64,000 nucleotides of DNA, from assembly GCA_963828465.1 (NCBI GenBank), contig CAWHEU010000002.1, positions 32,001-96,000 of the forward strand. Direction: 5' to 3'. The notes under the pieces were generated by a model. The model searched no databases. It saw only the letters and a program-made list of their open reading frames with translations, and had not been told where the DNA came from. The DNA comes from an uncultured Acidobacteriota bacterium. GTDB lineage: Bacteria > Actinomycetota > Acidimicrobiia > Spongiisociales > ZC4RG35. The translations under genes were made by a program, and so were the position numbers. Shown one piece after another: positions 41,984 to 52,210 of this stretch. Each line of letters opens with the position of its first letter. Position 1 is the stretch's first letter.

Positions 41984-43639
41984 CGTTCGATCTCCGCTGG
42001 GTTGGGGAACCATCGCAGACGCTCACCGACGGAGCCCAGATCGGGCGATGCCCCACCGGACTCGGGCTCTTCGGCGAGGATCCGCTTCGCCTCGGCCAGG
42101 TATTCGCCCAGTTCACCTATCGGCGCAGTCATCGGGGGCTCGAGAGCCTCCGCCGGAGAAGTCGAGGTCGCTGAGAGAGGTCGGGGGCCTGGGGAGTCCG
42201 TCGCGATGACGCCACAGGGCAGTGTCGGGCTCGTAGGTGTAGAGAGGGAGGAGTCGCCATCCCTGGTCGGCCACGAGATGAACCGCCTCGATGAGATAGG
42301 CGAACTCCTCCTCGGCGATGAAGTAGTTGAAGTTGACCCGGACCCACCCCGGCTTGATCACCTCGCATCCGGTGGCGACTGCCTCCTCGATTCGAGAGCT
42401 GGTCTGTAGATCGATGCCGAGCAAACGGTGACCGTAAGGCCCGGCGCAGGAGCACCCACCACGGGCCTGGATGCCAAAGAGGTCGTTGAGTAGCGCGACC
42501 ACGAAGTTGTGGTGCAGGGTCCGGTCGCCGTGGCGGATCACGAAGCTCACGATCGACAGACGCTCGGCATCCGGGTTCCCCAGGATCTCGATGTTCGGGT
42601 TGCGGGACCAGGACTCGATGGCGCGCCTGATGAAGTCGTGTTCCAGCGCCCGAATCGTGGTTACCCCGACGGTCTCCTTCAGGCGGAAGGCGAGACCAGC
42701 CCTGATCGACTCGATGATCGCCGGGGTGCCTCCCTCCTCGCGGTGCTCCGGGTCGCTGATGTAGCTGTGGTGGTCGGGTGACACGTACAGAACGGTGCCC
42801 CCGCCCGGCACTACGGGCACCTCATTGCGAAGCAGATCCCGGCGGACCACCAGCACCCCCGGCGTCCCCGGGCCGCCGATCAACTTGTGTGGGGACAGGA
42901 AAATGGCGTCCTTATAGGCGCCATCGGCCGCGGCCGACGAGCCCATCTCGATGTCCACGTATGGCGCCGATGCCGCGAAATCCCAGAAGGAGAGAGCGCC
43001 GTGGGCATGGAGCAGGCGGGATATCGCCGAGGTGTCCGAGATGATCCCGGTCACATTGGATGCGGCGGAGAAGGAGCCGATGAGCAGGGGGCGACGCGCG
43101 TGCTCGACCAACCTCGATTCCAGCTCGACGAGGTCGATGTGGCCGTCGGCATCCTCCTTGATCTCGATCACATCGGCGATCGACTCTCGCCAAGGAAGTT
43201 CATTCGAGTGATGCTCATAGGGCCCGACGAACACCACGGGGCGCTCGTCATCGGGAACCCGTTCCTCGAGCCCGTAGGTCTCACTGAGTGCTCTCGGTAT
43301 CCGGATGCCAAGGAGCCCCACCAATCGGTCAACAGCGCCGGTGGAGCCGCTCCCGGCGAATATCACTGCGTGCTCGTCGTGGCTGGCCCCGACCGCCCGG
43401 CGGATTACGTCTCTCGCCTCCTCTCTGAACCTGGTGGTCTGCAGGCCGGTGCCCGAGGTTTCGGTGTGAGTGTTCGCGTAGAGAGGGAGGACCTGGGCGC
43501 GGATGAAATCCTCGATCATCGCCAGCGATCGGCCCGAGGCGGTGTAGTCGGCGTAGGTGACCCGGCGCAGCCCGAACGGGGTCATCACCGCGGTGTCTTT
43601 CCCGATCACCGCCTCTCTCACCTGCTCGACCAGATCCAT
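41980..43639 (-). CDS. Aminotransferase class V (cysteine desulfurase-like PLP enzyme), frameshift near 42130
   Basis: YADYTASGR, YEHHSNELPW, SPHKLIGGPG, RGGCSCAGPY; tail EYLAEAKRIL..LRWFP in another frame. Confidence 0.92.
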
Positions 43640-43680
43640 CCTTCGCCCTTCTCGGGATGATCCACAAGACTAGGAAGCCG

Positions 43681-44682
43681 ATGGGTGACGAGACCAGTGT
43701 CAGCGTCGGAGGTGAGGAGATAAGGATCTCCAGCCCGGGACGGATCATCTTCCCCAAGCAGGGGTGGACCAAACTCGACGTCGCCAACCACTTCGCCAAC
43801 GTCTCCGAGGGGGCCATCCGGGGCGTCTTTGGTCGGCCCACCATGTTGAAGCGGTTCATGGGGACCGTCGACGAGGACCCGATCTATCACAAGCGTGCCG
43901 CCAAGAACACGCCGTTCGAGACGGTGCAGATCAGGTTTCCCTCACAACGGCCGGGGATGATGAATGTCCCCCGAACCGCGGCCGATGTCGTTCGGCTGGC
44001 CCAACTCGGTTGTCTCGATTTTCACCCCTGGCCGGTCCGGGCGGAGGACATCGACCATCCCGACGAGCTCCGCTTCGACTTCGATCCAACACCGGGGTTC
44101 GACTTCGAGAAGGTGAAGGAGGCGGCGGCCGGGATGAAGACTCTTCTCGAGGAGGTGGGTTTGGTCGGCTGGCCCAAGACATCGGGTAGCCGCGGCATCC
44201 ATGTCTACGTCCGCATCGAGCCGCTGTGGGACTTCTTCCAGACTCGGCGGGCCGTCCTGGCGGCAGGCCGTGAGCTCGAGCGGCGGATGGATGGCCTGGT
44301 CACCACCAAGTGGTGGAAAGAAGAGCGGAACGGCGTCTTCATCGACTACAACCAGAACGCCAGGGACAAGTCCGTGTGCTCGGCCTACGGGGTCCGGCCG
44401 ACCGGATACGTCTCGACTCCGATCACCTGGGACGAGCTGGCTGACGTCGCCATCGAGGACTTTCCCCTGGGATCGTTTGCTGACAGGTATGGGGCGGTCG
44501 GCGACCTCACGTCGAGCATCGACGAGTCACCGGGGCGAATCGACACATTGATGGAATGGGTGGCCCGAGATCAGGAGAACGGTCTCGGCGATGCCCCGTG
44601 GCCGCCGCATTATCCAAAGATGCCTGACGAGCCACCCCGCGTCCAGCCCTCCAAACAGCGTCGCCCATCGGAGGACTACTGA
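43681..44682 (+). CDS. Prim-PolC / LigD-polymerase-like primase-polymerase
   Basis: PDELRFDFDP, KTSGSRGIH, TTKWWKEER, FIDYNQNARD, PPHYPKMP. Confidence 0.92.
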   Translation: MGDETSVSVGGEEIRISSPGRIIFPKQGWTKLDVANHFANVSEGAIRGVFGRPTMLKRFMGTVDEDPIYHKRAAKNTPFETVQIRFPSQRPGMMNVPRTAADVVRLAQLGCLDFHPWPVRAEDIDHPDELRFDFDPTPGFDFEKVKEAAAGMKTLLEEVGLVGWPKTSGSRGIHVYVRIEPLWDFFQTRRAVLAAGRELERRMDGLVTTKWWKEERNGVFIDYNQNARDKSVCSAYGVRPTGYVSTPITWDELADVAIEDFPLGSFADRYGAVGDLTSSIDESPGRIDTLMEWVARDQENGLGDAPWPPHYPKMPDEPPRVQPSKQRRPSEDY

Positions 44683-44685
44683 CGA

Positions 44686-44777
44686 TTTCCTCCCCCGAAG
44701 GGGGAGGTGGCCCGGAGGGCCGGAGGGGGATCCCCCCTCCCCGCCTGCGGCGGTACTCCCCCCTGCGGGGGGAGAAA
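44686..44777. repeat. Two facing REP-like units (copies C2 and C1) between convergent genes
   Basis: Forward TTTCCTCCCCC-GAA-GGGGGAG-GT-GGCCC-GGA-GGGCC-GGAGGGGG; reverse TTTCTCCCCCC-GCA-GGGGGGAG-TA-CCGCC-GCA-GGCGG-GGAGGGGGG. Confidence 0.88.
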
Positions 44778-45506
44778 CTACAGGGCGTCCCGTTTCCGTA
44801 AGGCCCAGGTGAGGACCACGAGTCCGATGATGAGCACGCCGGCCAGCTTGGCTATGCCACCCCACACTCCCGGGGTGACCGGAGACATCGCCTCGCGGGC
44901 GACTTCGCCGAATCCGGGCTCGAGCCCGGCGTAGATGGAGAGGGAGATCCTCCAGATCGAGATCTGGGCCAGGCCCTCCACGGCGAAGGCGAGGATCGTC
45001 TCTACGACGATGATGTAGCCGAGACCGACGAGCAGAGCGCGGGGGACCAGGTACCCGAGCGGGACGAATATGGCGGCATAGCCGAAGGCGGCCGCCACGA
45101 ACAATGCCAGCGAGGGAACCGCCGCCTGCAAATCGCCCCCGACTGCGAGGAGGGCCACGGCGGAGGCAATCCACCCCCCGACCCCGATTACGAGTGCCGC
45201 AGCCGTCCCGGCGGCGATCGATTGCGCCGCCATGTTGGTCCTGGCGATGGGGCGCATATAGATGTAGGGCAGCGTGCCGCTGTCGCGCTCGTCGCGCAGC
45301 GTTGCGGTGGTCAGGATGAGAGCCGCAATCGCGAAGGTGTATCCGACCGATGCCAGGACGTCGGTATAGAGCGTGGTGAGGTCGCTCTCGGGCGCATCGA
45401 AGGCGGAGAGCCAAAAAACGAGGCCAGGCACCGCGGCAAGCGCGAGGAGGCCGATGACTCGTCCCCGGCGCATGATGCGTCGGTAGAGATGGAGGGCGAG
45501 GGTCAT
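44778..45506 (-). CDS. ABC transporter permease
   Basis: DERDSGTLPYIYMRP, six TM segments. Confidence 0.88.
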   Translation of the reverse strand: MTLALHLYRRIMRRGRVIGLLALAAVPGLVFWLSAFDAPESDLTTLYTDVLASVGYTFAIAALILTTATLRDERDSGTLPYIYMRPIARTNMAAQSIAAGTAAALVIGVGGWIASAVALLAVGGDLQAAVPSLALFVAAAFGYAAIFVPLGYLVPRALLVGLGYIIVVETILAFAVEGLAQISIWRISLSIYAGLEPGFGEVAREAMSPVTPGVWGGIAKLAGVLIIGLVVLTWALRKRDAL

Positions 45507-46423
45507 TAACGACCCTCGACCAGATAGCGAAACACCGATTCCAGCGACTCATCGACCGGCTCCACCTTGCTGATGGCGATCGAATGATCGATGGCGATGG
45601 CGGGCAGTCGTCGGGCGAGGTCGCCGGCGTCCCTTGTCTCGACGTGGACTGTCCCCCCGTCCACCTGGACCCCGAGGACGTCGGATCCGGCGATCAACGC
45701 CGCAGCCAGCTTGCGCGGGTCTGTGGTGTCGACGTAGATCCGGCGAGGTTTGTCGGTCATCGCGGCCCGGATCGTCGCCACGTCGCCAACTGCGGCGAGA
45801 CGGCCATCGACCATGGCGACAACACGGTCGGACACCCGCTCCACTTCGGTCAGTACATGCGACGACACCAGCAGCGTCTTTCCCTCGGCACCGAGCCGCT
45901 TGAAGAGGGCGATCAGCTGCGCCCGCTGCACCGGATCTGCCCCGTTGAGAGGCTCGTCGAGGAGGAGGATCTCCGGGTCTGAGACGAGGGCGGCCGCCAC
46001 CTTGGCACGCTGTCGCATCCCCTTGGAGAAACCGCCCAGCGCCCGCTCGGCGGCATCGGTGAGGCCGACCGTGTCGAGGACGGCCTCCGCCCGATCCACC
46101 GGATGATCGATTCTTGCCAAACGAGCCGCGAGCTCGACGAACTGCCGCCCGGTCAGCCGGTCGTACACCGACTCGTCTTCGGGGACGAGGGAGATCTTGC
46201 GGTAGATCTCGGTGTCCTGGCGGGGGTCGACTCCCAGGATCCTCACATCCCCCTGAGATGGCCTCAGCAGACCGGCCATGACGCGGAGGAGAGTGGTCTT
46301 GCCGGCGCCATTGGGACCGAGGAGACCGGTCACTCCGGGTCGAAAGCCGATGCTGAGCTCGCTCACTGCGACCTTGAGACCGAACCACTTGGACAGGTCG
46401 GTGACGACGATGGTGTCGGTCAC
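45506..46423 (-). CDS. ABC transporter ATP-binding protein
   Basis: GPNGAGKTT, FSKGMRQR, LLDEP; GTG at 46423. Confidence 0.92.
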   Translation of the reverse strand: MTDTIVVTDLSKWFGLKVAVSELSIGFRPGVTGLLGPNGAGKTTLLRVMAGLLRPSQGDVRILGVDPRQDTEIYRKISLVPEDESVYDRLTGRQFVELAARLARIDHPVDRAEAVLDTVGLTDAAERALGGFSKGMRQRAKVAAALVSDPEILLLDEPLNGADPVQRAQLIALFKRLGAEGKTLLVSSHVLTEVERVSDRVVAMVDGRLAAVGDVATIRAAMTDKPRRIYVDTTDPRKLAAALIAGSDVLGVQVDGGTVHVETRDAGDLARRLPAIAIDHSIAISKVEPVDESLESVFRYLVEGR

Positions 46424-47301
46424 GCCAGCCTCCGGTAACGAAAGCGGACGAACCAGGCGGCCAGAGCCACCAGCCCGACGATCACGACGACAGAGACCCA
46501 CACCTCGAACCCCGCCAACTCGGGGGCGTACTCGACGGTATCCCCGAAGAAGTAGTCCCTGATGATCCTCGGGTGGTGGTCGATCGCCAGCAATGAGAAG
46601 TACCTCGCACCGGGGAAGCCGGCCTCAGCCACCCTCCCGGCTACCGCGGCGCCGGCAAACAGGGTGCCGAGGAAGGCGGCCGCCGCGATGCCGGTCCGAT
46701 CGATCACCGCGGACAGAGCGAAGACCACCGCCCCATGGGTCAAGACGAAGGCGAGAGTCGTCACCGGGACCTGCCACAAGATGTCGAGGTTGTTGCCCAA
46801 GTAGGAGAGAAAGCCCTCCTCGGCGATCAAGGCAAGGCCGAGATGCAGAACCACCTGGGGGAGGATGTAGATCGCCGCGACCACGGTGACGAAGGCACCG
46901 ACCTTGGATGTGAGGTAGCCGTCCACTGTGAGCGGTCGGGAGAAGTACACCGAGAGAACGCCCTTGGTCCGGTCGGGGATGAGCAGCAGCGGCCCCGCCA
47001 GTGCGATGAAAAGGAGTGAGATGCCCGAGTAGAAGTCGAAGAGGCCGCCATACGTCGGGATCTCCTGACGCATGCTTTCTTCGATGTTGCCTATCGCCCA
47101 GTGGATGCCGACGAACACCGCGGCAGAGACGACGGCGATGACGATGAGCGTCCAGGGGAAGATCTTCACCCGCGCTTTTCGACCCAGACCGAGCACCCGG
47201 CGCACCCCATCCTTGTAGACCACCCTTCTCGCCCCTTTCGGGCCAAGACGGGGCCCGTCGTAGGAGCGATAACCGCGGTCGTAGATGACCTGGTCGGTCA
47301 C
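46420..47301 (-). CDS. ABC transporter permease
   Basis: YDRGYRSYDGPR, DRTKGVLSVYFSRP, multiple TMs. Confidence 0.88.
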   Translation of the reverse strand: MTDQVIYDRGYRSYDGPRLGPKGARRVVYKDGVRRVLGLGRKARVKIFPWTLIVIAVVSAAVFVGIHWAIGNIEESMRQEIPTYGGLFDFYSGISLLFIALAGPLLLIPDRTKGVLSVYFSRPLTVDGYLTSKVGAFVTVVAAIYILPQVVLHLGLALIAEEGFLSYLGNNLDILWQVPVTTLAFVLTHGAVVFALSAVIDRTGIAAAAFLGTLFAGAAVAGRVAEAGFPGARYFSLLAIDHHPRIIRDYFFGDTVEYAPELAGFEVWVSVVVIVGLVALAAWFVRFRYRRLA

Positions 47302-48203
47302 TAGACGGTCTCCTGGTTCAGGAACAGGTCCTCGAGCGAGGCGGAGCCGCGGATCATCCGCACCAACCCGGAGCCAGTGCTAGCGGCCGCGGCGACCACC
47401 ATCGGCTCGATGGTCTCGTCACCAGGACCGACGACCAGGCGGAGGCCATCGACCACTACGTCGAACCCCTGCCCCCTGATCGCAGCCGCCATCGCGTCTG
47501 GGTGCTCGAGTACCTCGATCAGGACCGTGCCCAGCTTGTCGAAGCTCTGGAGGGGACCGGACCGGAGAAGATTCCCTGCATCGAGCATGACCACCCAATC
47601 ACAGGTCTGCTCGATATCGGTCAGGACGTGCGACGACACGATGACGTTGACGTCGAAATCGGAAAGCCTCTTGATCAGGTCCAGCATCTGGGTGCGCCCT
47701 TCGGGATCGAGTCCCGAGGCGGGCTCGTCGAGGAGAAGGAGATCGGGATCATGAACGATGGCCTGGGCCAGCTTGACCCTTTGCTGCATGCCTGTGGAGA
47801 AATCGCCGAGGAAGCGGAAGCGCTCCTCCGCGAGACCGACCAGAAACAGAGTCTCGGACGATCTCCGCTTGGCCTCGTGTGGAGGGATGCCGGCAAGCTG
47901 GGCGGCGTACGAGACGAAATCCGCCGCGGTCTGGTCTTTGGGCAGGCATTCCCCCTCGGGCATGTAGCCGATCCTGGATCGCACCACCAGCGGCTCGCGC
48001 TGCGGGTCGTGACCCAGGACCTGCATCGATCCCGAAGTGGGGTGGAGGAGGCCGAGCATGAGCCGGAGCATCGTGGTCTTGCCCGCACCGTTCGCTCCCA
48101 CCAGCCCGGTCACGCCCGACGGCACCTCGAGGGTCAGGCCGCTCAGGGCAACGACCTCGCCGTAGTCGTGGGTGAGGTCGTCGATTTCGAGAATTGCGCT
48201 CAT
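47301..48203 (-). CDS. ABC transporter ATP-binding protein
   Basis: GANGAGKTT, FSTGMQQR, LLDEP. Confidence 0.93.
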   Translation of the reverse strand: MSAILEIDDLTHDYGEVVALSGLTLEVPSGVTGLVGANGAGKTTMLRLMLGLLHPTSGSMQVLGHDPQREPLVVRSRIGYMPEGECLPKDQTAADFVSYAAQLAGIPPHEAKRRSSETLFLVGLAEERFRFLGDFSTGMQQRVKLAQAIVHDPDLLLLDEPASGLDPEGRTQMLDLIKRLSDFDVNVIVSSHVLTDIEQTCDWVVMLDAGNLLRSGPLQSFDKLGTVLIEVLEHPDAMAAAIRGQGFDVVVDGLRLVVGPGDETIEPMVVAAAASTGSGLVRMIRGSASLEDLFLNQETV

Positions 48204-48204
48204 G

Positions 48205-48232
48205 TTTCCTCCCTTAGGGCGGGAGGGGGGAC
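48205..48232 (+). repeat. Degenerate, internally deleted REP-like copy D
   Basis: TTTCCTCCCTTAGGGCGGGAGGGGGGAC keeps both ends of the consensus; its complement gives GGAGG before ATG 48203. Confidence 0.5.
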
Positions 48233-48312
48233 GACTGGCACGACGTCATTGGACCCTGGGCCGCATCGCCTATCAATCAGGGACAACCCTGAGATTCCCC
48301 CCAGCAGGCCCT

Positions 48313-49332
48313 TCACTGCACCACCTGGCGGAACCCGGGGCCTTCGGGGCGCTCCAGTTGCTCCATGGTGCATTGGAGCGGGTCCTTGTCGGGGCGCCAG
48401 CGATGAAAGCGGGTGGCGTGCCTGAAGCGCTCACCTTCCAGTTGGTCGTAGCTGACCTCGACCACCACTCCAGCCTCCACCGGGGTCCAATCGAGGGTCT
48501 TTCCTGCCGACCAGCGGCTCTGCGCGCCGGGGGCCCTCGCCTCCTCTCCAAAGCTGCCATCGACAACGAGCTCCTTGAACCGATTGAAGATCTCCACCCT
48601 GTCGACGTCCCCAAACCCCGAGCAGTGACCGATGAAATGCAGCTCACCCCGCTCGTCGTAGAGACCGAGGAGGAGAGATCCGATCTTCCCCCCGTCCTTA
48701 TGCTCACGGAAGCCGCCCACGACGCAATCAATGGTTCTGCGGTGCTTGATCTTGATCATCGCCCTCTTCCCGTGCTGATAGGCGAGATCGGGGACTTTGG
48801 CCACGATGCCATCGCAGCCGGCGGACTCGAACTCGTCGAACCAGCCCCGGGCCACATCCTCGGAGTCGGTTTGGGGGGTGAGGTGCCAAGGGTCGGAGAG
48901 CTTTCCGGCGAGCTCTACGAGTCGATTTCTCCGCTCGCTGAAGGGACGCTCCCGGAGGTCCTTGCCCCGGTCGGCGAGGAGATCGAAAGCGATCAGCTCG
49001 GCTGGAGTCTGTTCCGAGAGCATCGTGATCCGGGACACGGCGGGGTGAATTCTCTGCTGGAGCGTGTCGAAGTCGGTCTCCCCGTCGACCACCACCACGA
49101 TCTCGCCGTCGACGACGGTGCCGGCGGGCAACTGATCGAGGGCAGGAGTCAACTCGGGGAAATAGCGGAGGAGCGGTCGCTGGTTCCGGGAGTCGATCCG
49201 GTTCTCCGGCTTCGACCACGAGATCGAGCGAAAGCCGTCCCATTTCGGCTCATAGAGGTAATTCCCCTTGGGCCACTGCTCCGAAGTCTTGGCCTCCATC
49301 GTCGCGATCGGTGGCTCGAATGGATGACTCAC
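48313..49332 (-). CDS. ligC: ATP-dependent DNA ligase, LigC type
   Basis: YEPKWDGFR, LLRYFPEL, DGEIVV, AFDLL, DGIVAK, KIKHRRT, GSLLLGLYD, RFRH..WRPDK; GTG 49332 after TACACT. Confidence 0.93.
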   Translation of the reverse strand: MSHPFEPPIATMEAKTSEQWPKGNYLYEPKWDGFRSISWSKPENRIDSRNQRPLLRYFPELTPALDQLPAGTVVDGEIVVVVDGETDFDTLQQRIHPAVSRITMLSEQTPAELIAFDLLADRGKDLRERPFSERRNRLVELAGKLSDPWHLTPQTDSEDVARGWFDEFESAGCDGIVAKVPDLAYQHGKRAMIKIKHRRTIDCVVGGFREHKDGGKIGSLLLGLYDERGELHFIGHCSGFGDVDRVEIFNRFKELVVDGSFGEEARAPGAQSRWSAGKTLDWTPVEAGVVVEVSYDQLEGERFRHATRFHRWRPDKDPLQCTMEQLERPEGPGFRQVVQ

Positions 49333-49370
49333 GGGGGGCGAGTGTAAGCAGCGATAGCCTGCACCCCGAG

Positions 49371-50372
49371 ATGGAGACATACATCGAACGACTCCCATCG
49401 TGGGCACAGGGGCCCGCCGAAATCCTGGCCGCGGCGGCGGAGGGATATGGCGTCCACCGCGCATCGCGCATGGCGGCAGCCATCTCTTACCGGACGGTCT
49501 TCGCCTTGGCTCCGCTCTTGATCATCGCCGTCGCTGTCCTGGGAAGCTTCCTCGGCAGCCAGGAGGAGGCCCAACAGGAGATCATCGACGGAATCGAGGC
49601 GGTGGTGGGGCCGGAGGTAGCCGCAATTGTCGACGACATCCTGACCTCGGCTCTGGGCTCCACGGGGACCGCCTATCTGATTGGCGGAATCCTTCTCATC
49701 TGGACCGCCTCCAGCCTCTTTCTGGAGATGCAACGCGATCTCAACGACATATTCGAGGTGCCCCAAGAGGAGGTGGCCGGGATCGTGGCCATGGTCCGGC
49801 GCCGTGGCATCGGGTTCCTATGGGTGCTCGGGCTGGGATTTCTCCTGGTTGCGACCTGGCTGATCAACGCCATATGGGGATTCGTGAGCAACCTGTTGCC
49901 GGCATCATTGGAAGTGGTCGACGACCTGGTCAGCGTCATAACCCCATTCGCCTCGCTGATCCTGCTCCCGCTGGTCTTCGCCTTGATCTTCAAGACAATG
50001 ACGGTCGCAGCGATCCCGTGGCGCCCGGCGTGGGTGGGGGGTGCCTTCACCGCGGTCGTCTTCCTTGTCGCGGCCTACGGCGTGGGGATCTATTTCGAGA
50101 TCGCCGGCGCGACGACCGCTCTTGGCTTCGCCGGCTCGTTCGTCGTGATCCTGTTCCTTGCCTACTTCCTGTCGATGGTTTTCCTCTTCGGGGCGGAGGT
50201 GACCAAGGCCTATTCCGATCGGCTCGCCGCCAGGGAAGCGCCAGCAGTCAGCCGACCTCTCTACACCGACCCTCAGGTGGTGGTGGCGGAGCCACCGGCC
50301 GGCATCCCCCAAGCAGCCTTCCTGGCGTTTGTGGCGGGGCTGATCGCCGGGTGGCGCCGCAGTCGTCGTTGA
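49371..50372 (+). CDS. YihY/virulence factor BrkB family membrane protein
   Basis: MAAAISYRTVFALAP, LFGAE. Confidence 0.9.
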   Translation: METYIERLPSWAQGPAEILAAAAEGYGVHRASRMAAAISYRTVFALAPLLIIAVAVLGSFLGSQEEAQQEIIDGIEAVVGPEVAAIVDDILTSALGSTGTAYLIGGILLIWTASSLFLEMQRDLNDIFEVPQEEVAGIVAMVRRRGIGFLWVLGLGFLLVATWLINAIWGFVSNLLPASLEVVDDLVSVITPFASLILLPLVFALIFKTMTVAAIPWRPAWVGGAFTAVVFLVAAYGVGIYFEIAGATTALGFAGSFVVILFLAYFLSMVFLFGAEVTKAYSDRLAAREAPAVSRPLYTDPQVVVAEPPAGIPQAAFLAFVAGLIAGWRRSRR

Positions 50373-50413
50373 CCCCTGTGAATTGAAACCGGACTCCAAT
50401 AACCTCACGCTCA

Positions 50414-50980
50414 ATGTCAGTTGACATCGCCGGGTTCGTCACCGATCTCAAAGAGCACGCTACCGAGCACGGTTTCCATGTCCATGACGAGCGCCACTTC
50501 GTCGAGACCTACTCGTTGCGACAGTCATGGGAAGTCGATCTCCATCCTGAGGCGGGGTGCGGGGGGCCGATCGACCTCCATGTGGCTCTCGATGTCGACC
50601 CCAAGGTGATCCTGTCCCTCCGTGAAGCTCTCGACGAGATGGACGCCGACTTCGAAGAGCCGGAGAACGTCTATCACCTCGATCTCTTCTTCAATTGGGC
50701 CGTCCCGCCATTGCATAGCCCGCCGGATCTCCTCGTTCTTGCCACCGACCTCGCCGGTCTGGCCGGCGTCACGCTCCCTGTCGAGGTGTCCGCCATCGAT
50801 TCTTACGGGGCGGTGACCGACGCACCTGAGCGCAGGTTGACATTGACCGGTCGGGCGTCGGTCAGCCTCGTCGATGTGCTCATGGGCCGCGACCAGCTCT
50901 GCGATGTGCTCGATCGGTCACACGAGGTGAGCGAATATCTCCTCGACCGTGTCGGCGGTTGGATGGAACTGCCGAGCTAG
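50414..50980 (+). CDS. Hypothetical protein
   Basis: Intact 188-aa acidic ORF with TAACCT -10 upstream; family not recognised. Confidence 0.75.
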   Translation: MSVDIAGFVTDLKEHATEHGFHVHDERHFVETYSLRQSWEVDLHPEAGCGGPIDLHVALDVDPKVILSLREALDEMDADFEEPENVYHLDLFFNWAVPPLHSPPDLLVLATDLAGLAGVTLPVEVSAIDSYGAVTDAPERRLTLTGRASVSLVDVLMGRDQLCDVLDRSHEVSEYLLDRVGGWMELPS

Positions 50981-50990
50981 AAGCCGGCTA

Positions 50991-51383
50991 TCAAAGCAGC
51001 GAGAGTGTCGCCCAGATGCCGAGGGCGGCGGTGATGACGGCGAGCACCCAGAAGGCGGCCAAGGTGGCCGGCCTCGGCGGTGGCCCCTCCTTGACTTCGA
51101 GTGCTCCGGGCGACCCGCCTGCCGCCGACGATGCCGGTGTCTCGGTGTCACGTTGTATCCCGAGGGCGAAGCTGCTCGGATCGTCGGGGACGAACGGAAT
51201 GGAGTCGTCCTCGGCTTCGATCACGAATTCGCCCGCACCGAGGTCGATCACCTCGTACTGGCCGGCCAGCCACTCGCCGATCGAGACCTCGCCCGACACG
51301 AGCGTGATCTTCTCGTCGTCCAGTCCCACCATGACCGGCACGTTGTCTTCCTTGAGCGTCGCCACGCCCGGGAATGTCGTCAT
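50991..51383 (-). CDS. Hypothetical protein with C-terminal TM anchor
   Basis: Acidic beta-rich domain, linker, terminal hydrophobic helix. Confidence 0.7.
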   Translation of the reverse strand: MTTFPGVATLKEDNVPVMVGLDDEKITLVSGEVSIGEWLAGQYEVIDLGAGEFVIEAEDDSIPFVPDDPSSFALGIQRDTETPASSAAGGSPGALEVKEGPPPRPATLAAFWVLAVITAALGIWATLSLL

Positions 51384-51441
51384 CTTCTTCGTCCCCCAGG
51401 AACCCTTGTCGAAGCTAGGTGCTTCACCCGGCTCCGCAATC

Positions 51442-52138
51442 CTAGAAGGGCAGCCCGAGTGCGTCGCACAGGAAGCCGGTGAATCGACCGGCCCTCGAGA
51501 ACATCGCCGCCAACTCCTCGTCGAAACCGGCGCTGGCGACCTGTTTCTGGGTCAGACTGGCCCCGGCGATGAAGGATTTCATTCGGAGGTCGTCGGCGTA
51601 GGGATGATTCGGATCGAGCCCGGGCGGGACTCTCTTCAGCATCTCGTCTTCATCCTGATCGAGAGACCATGTCTTGGTGAACTCCTCGCCCTTGGTCGCG
51701 GCCGTCCAGCCGGCGGTCTCGTCGTTGATCGCCTGGCGAAGAGTCGCGAGCGACCTCTGTCTCGGGATGCCAGAGCCCGACGCCTGCGAAGCAGGCGCCC
51801 GCCTCCAAATGGAGATAGAAGCCTGGCGCGTGGATGTCCTTGCCTGCCTCGTGTCGGAACTGGATGCCGACATTGGTCTTGTAAGGGGTCTTGTCGTTGG
51901 AGAATCGCGTGTCGCGATATGGCCTCATCAGAGACCCACCGGTGGTCCTCGCATCGGCCACGAAGTGGGGCGAGAGCTTCTGCAGCCGCCCACCGAAGTC
52001 GGTTATGAAGTCGAGGGCCGGGTCTCGGACCACCGTCTGATAACGATCCTTGTTGGCATCCCACCAGATCTTCTCGTTGTTTGCTTCCAGCTCGCGGAGG
52101 AAGGCGAACAGAGCGGGGGTGAAATGCTTGGAGGCCAA
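51442..52138 (-). CDS. DUF2461 / TIGR02453 family protein (frameshift near 51740)
   Basis: FLRELEANN..W..NKDRY, RDTRFSNDKTPYK, PGFYLHL, LKRVPPG. Confidence 0.92.
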
Positions 52139-52210
52139 GACAGCTCCTTCGGTCGTTCCTCCGAAGATAAGTCCTCGACCCGACAGAATTGAAGGGGTTC
52201 GTCGAGAGAT

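Noticed and set aside
29353-48232. Repeat copies as a CRISPR array or IS ends
   Set aside because: Dispersed, with no spacers, cas genes, transposase or target duplications
48172-49347. Long antisense ORFs (also 11774-12733, 20865-21737, 54994-56049, 56628-57641 and others)
   Set aside because: Shadow ORFs of well-supported genes in high-GC DNA, with no recognisable motifs
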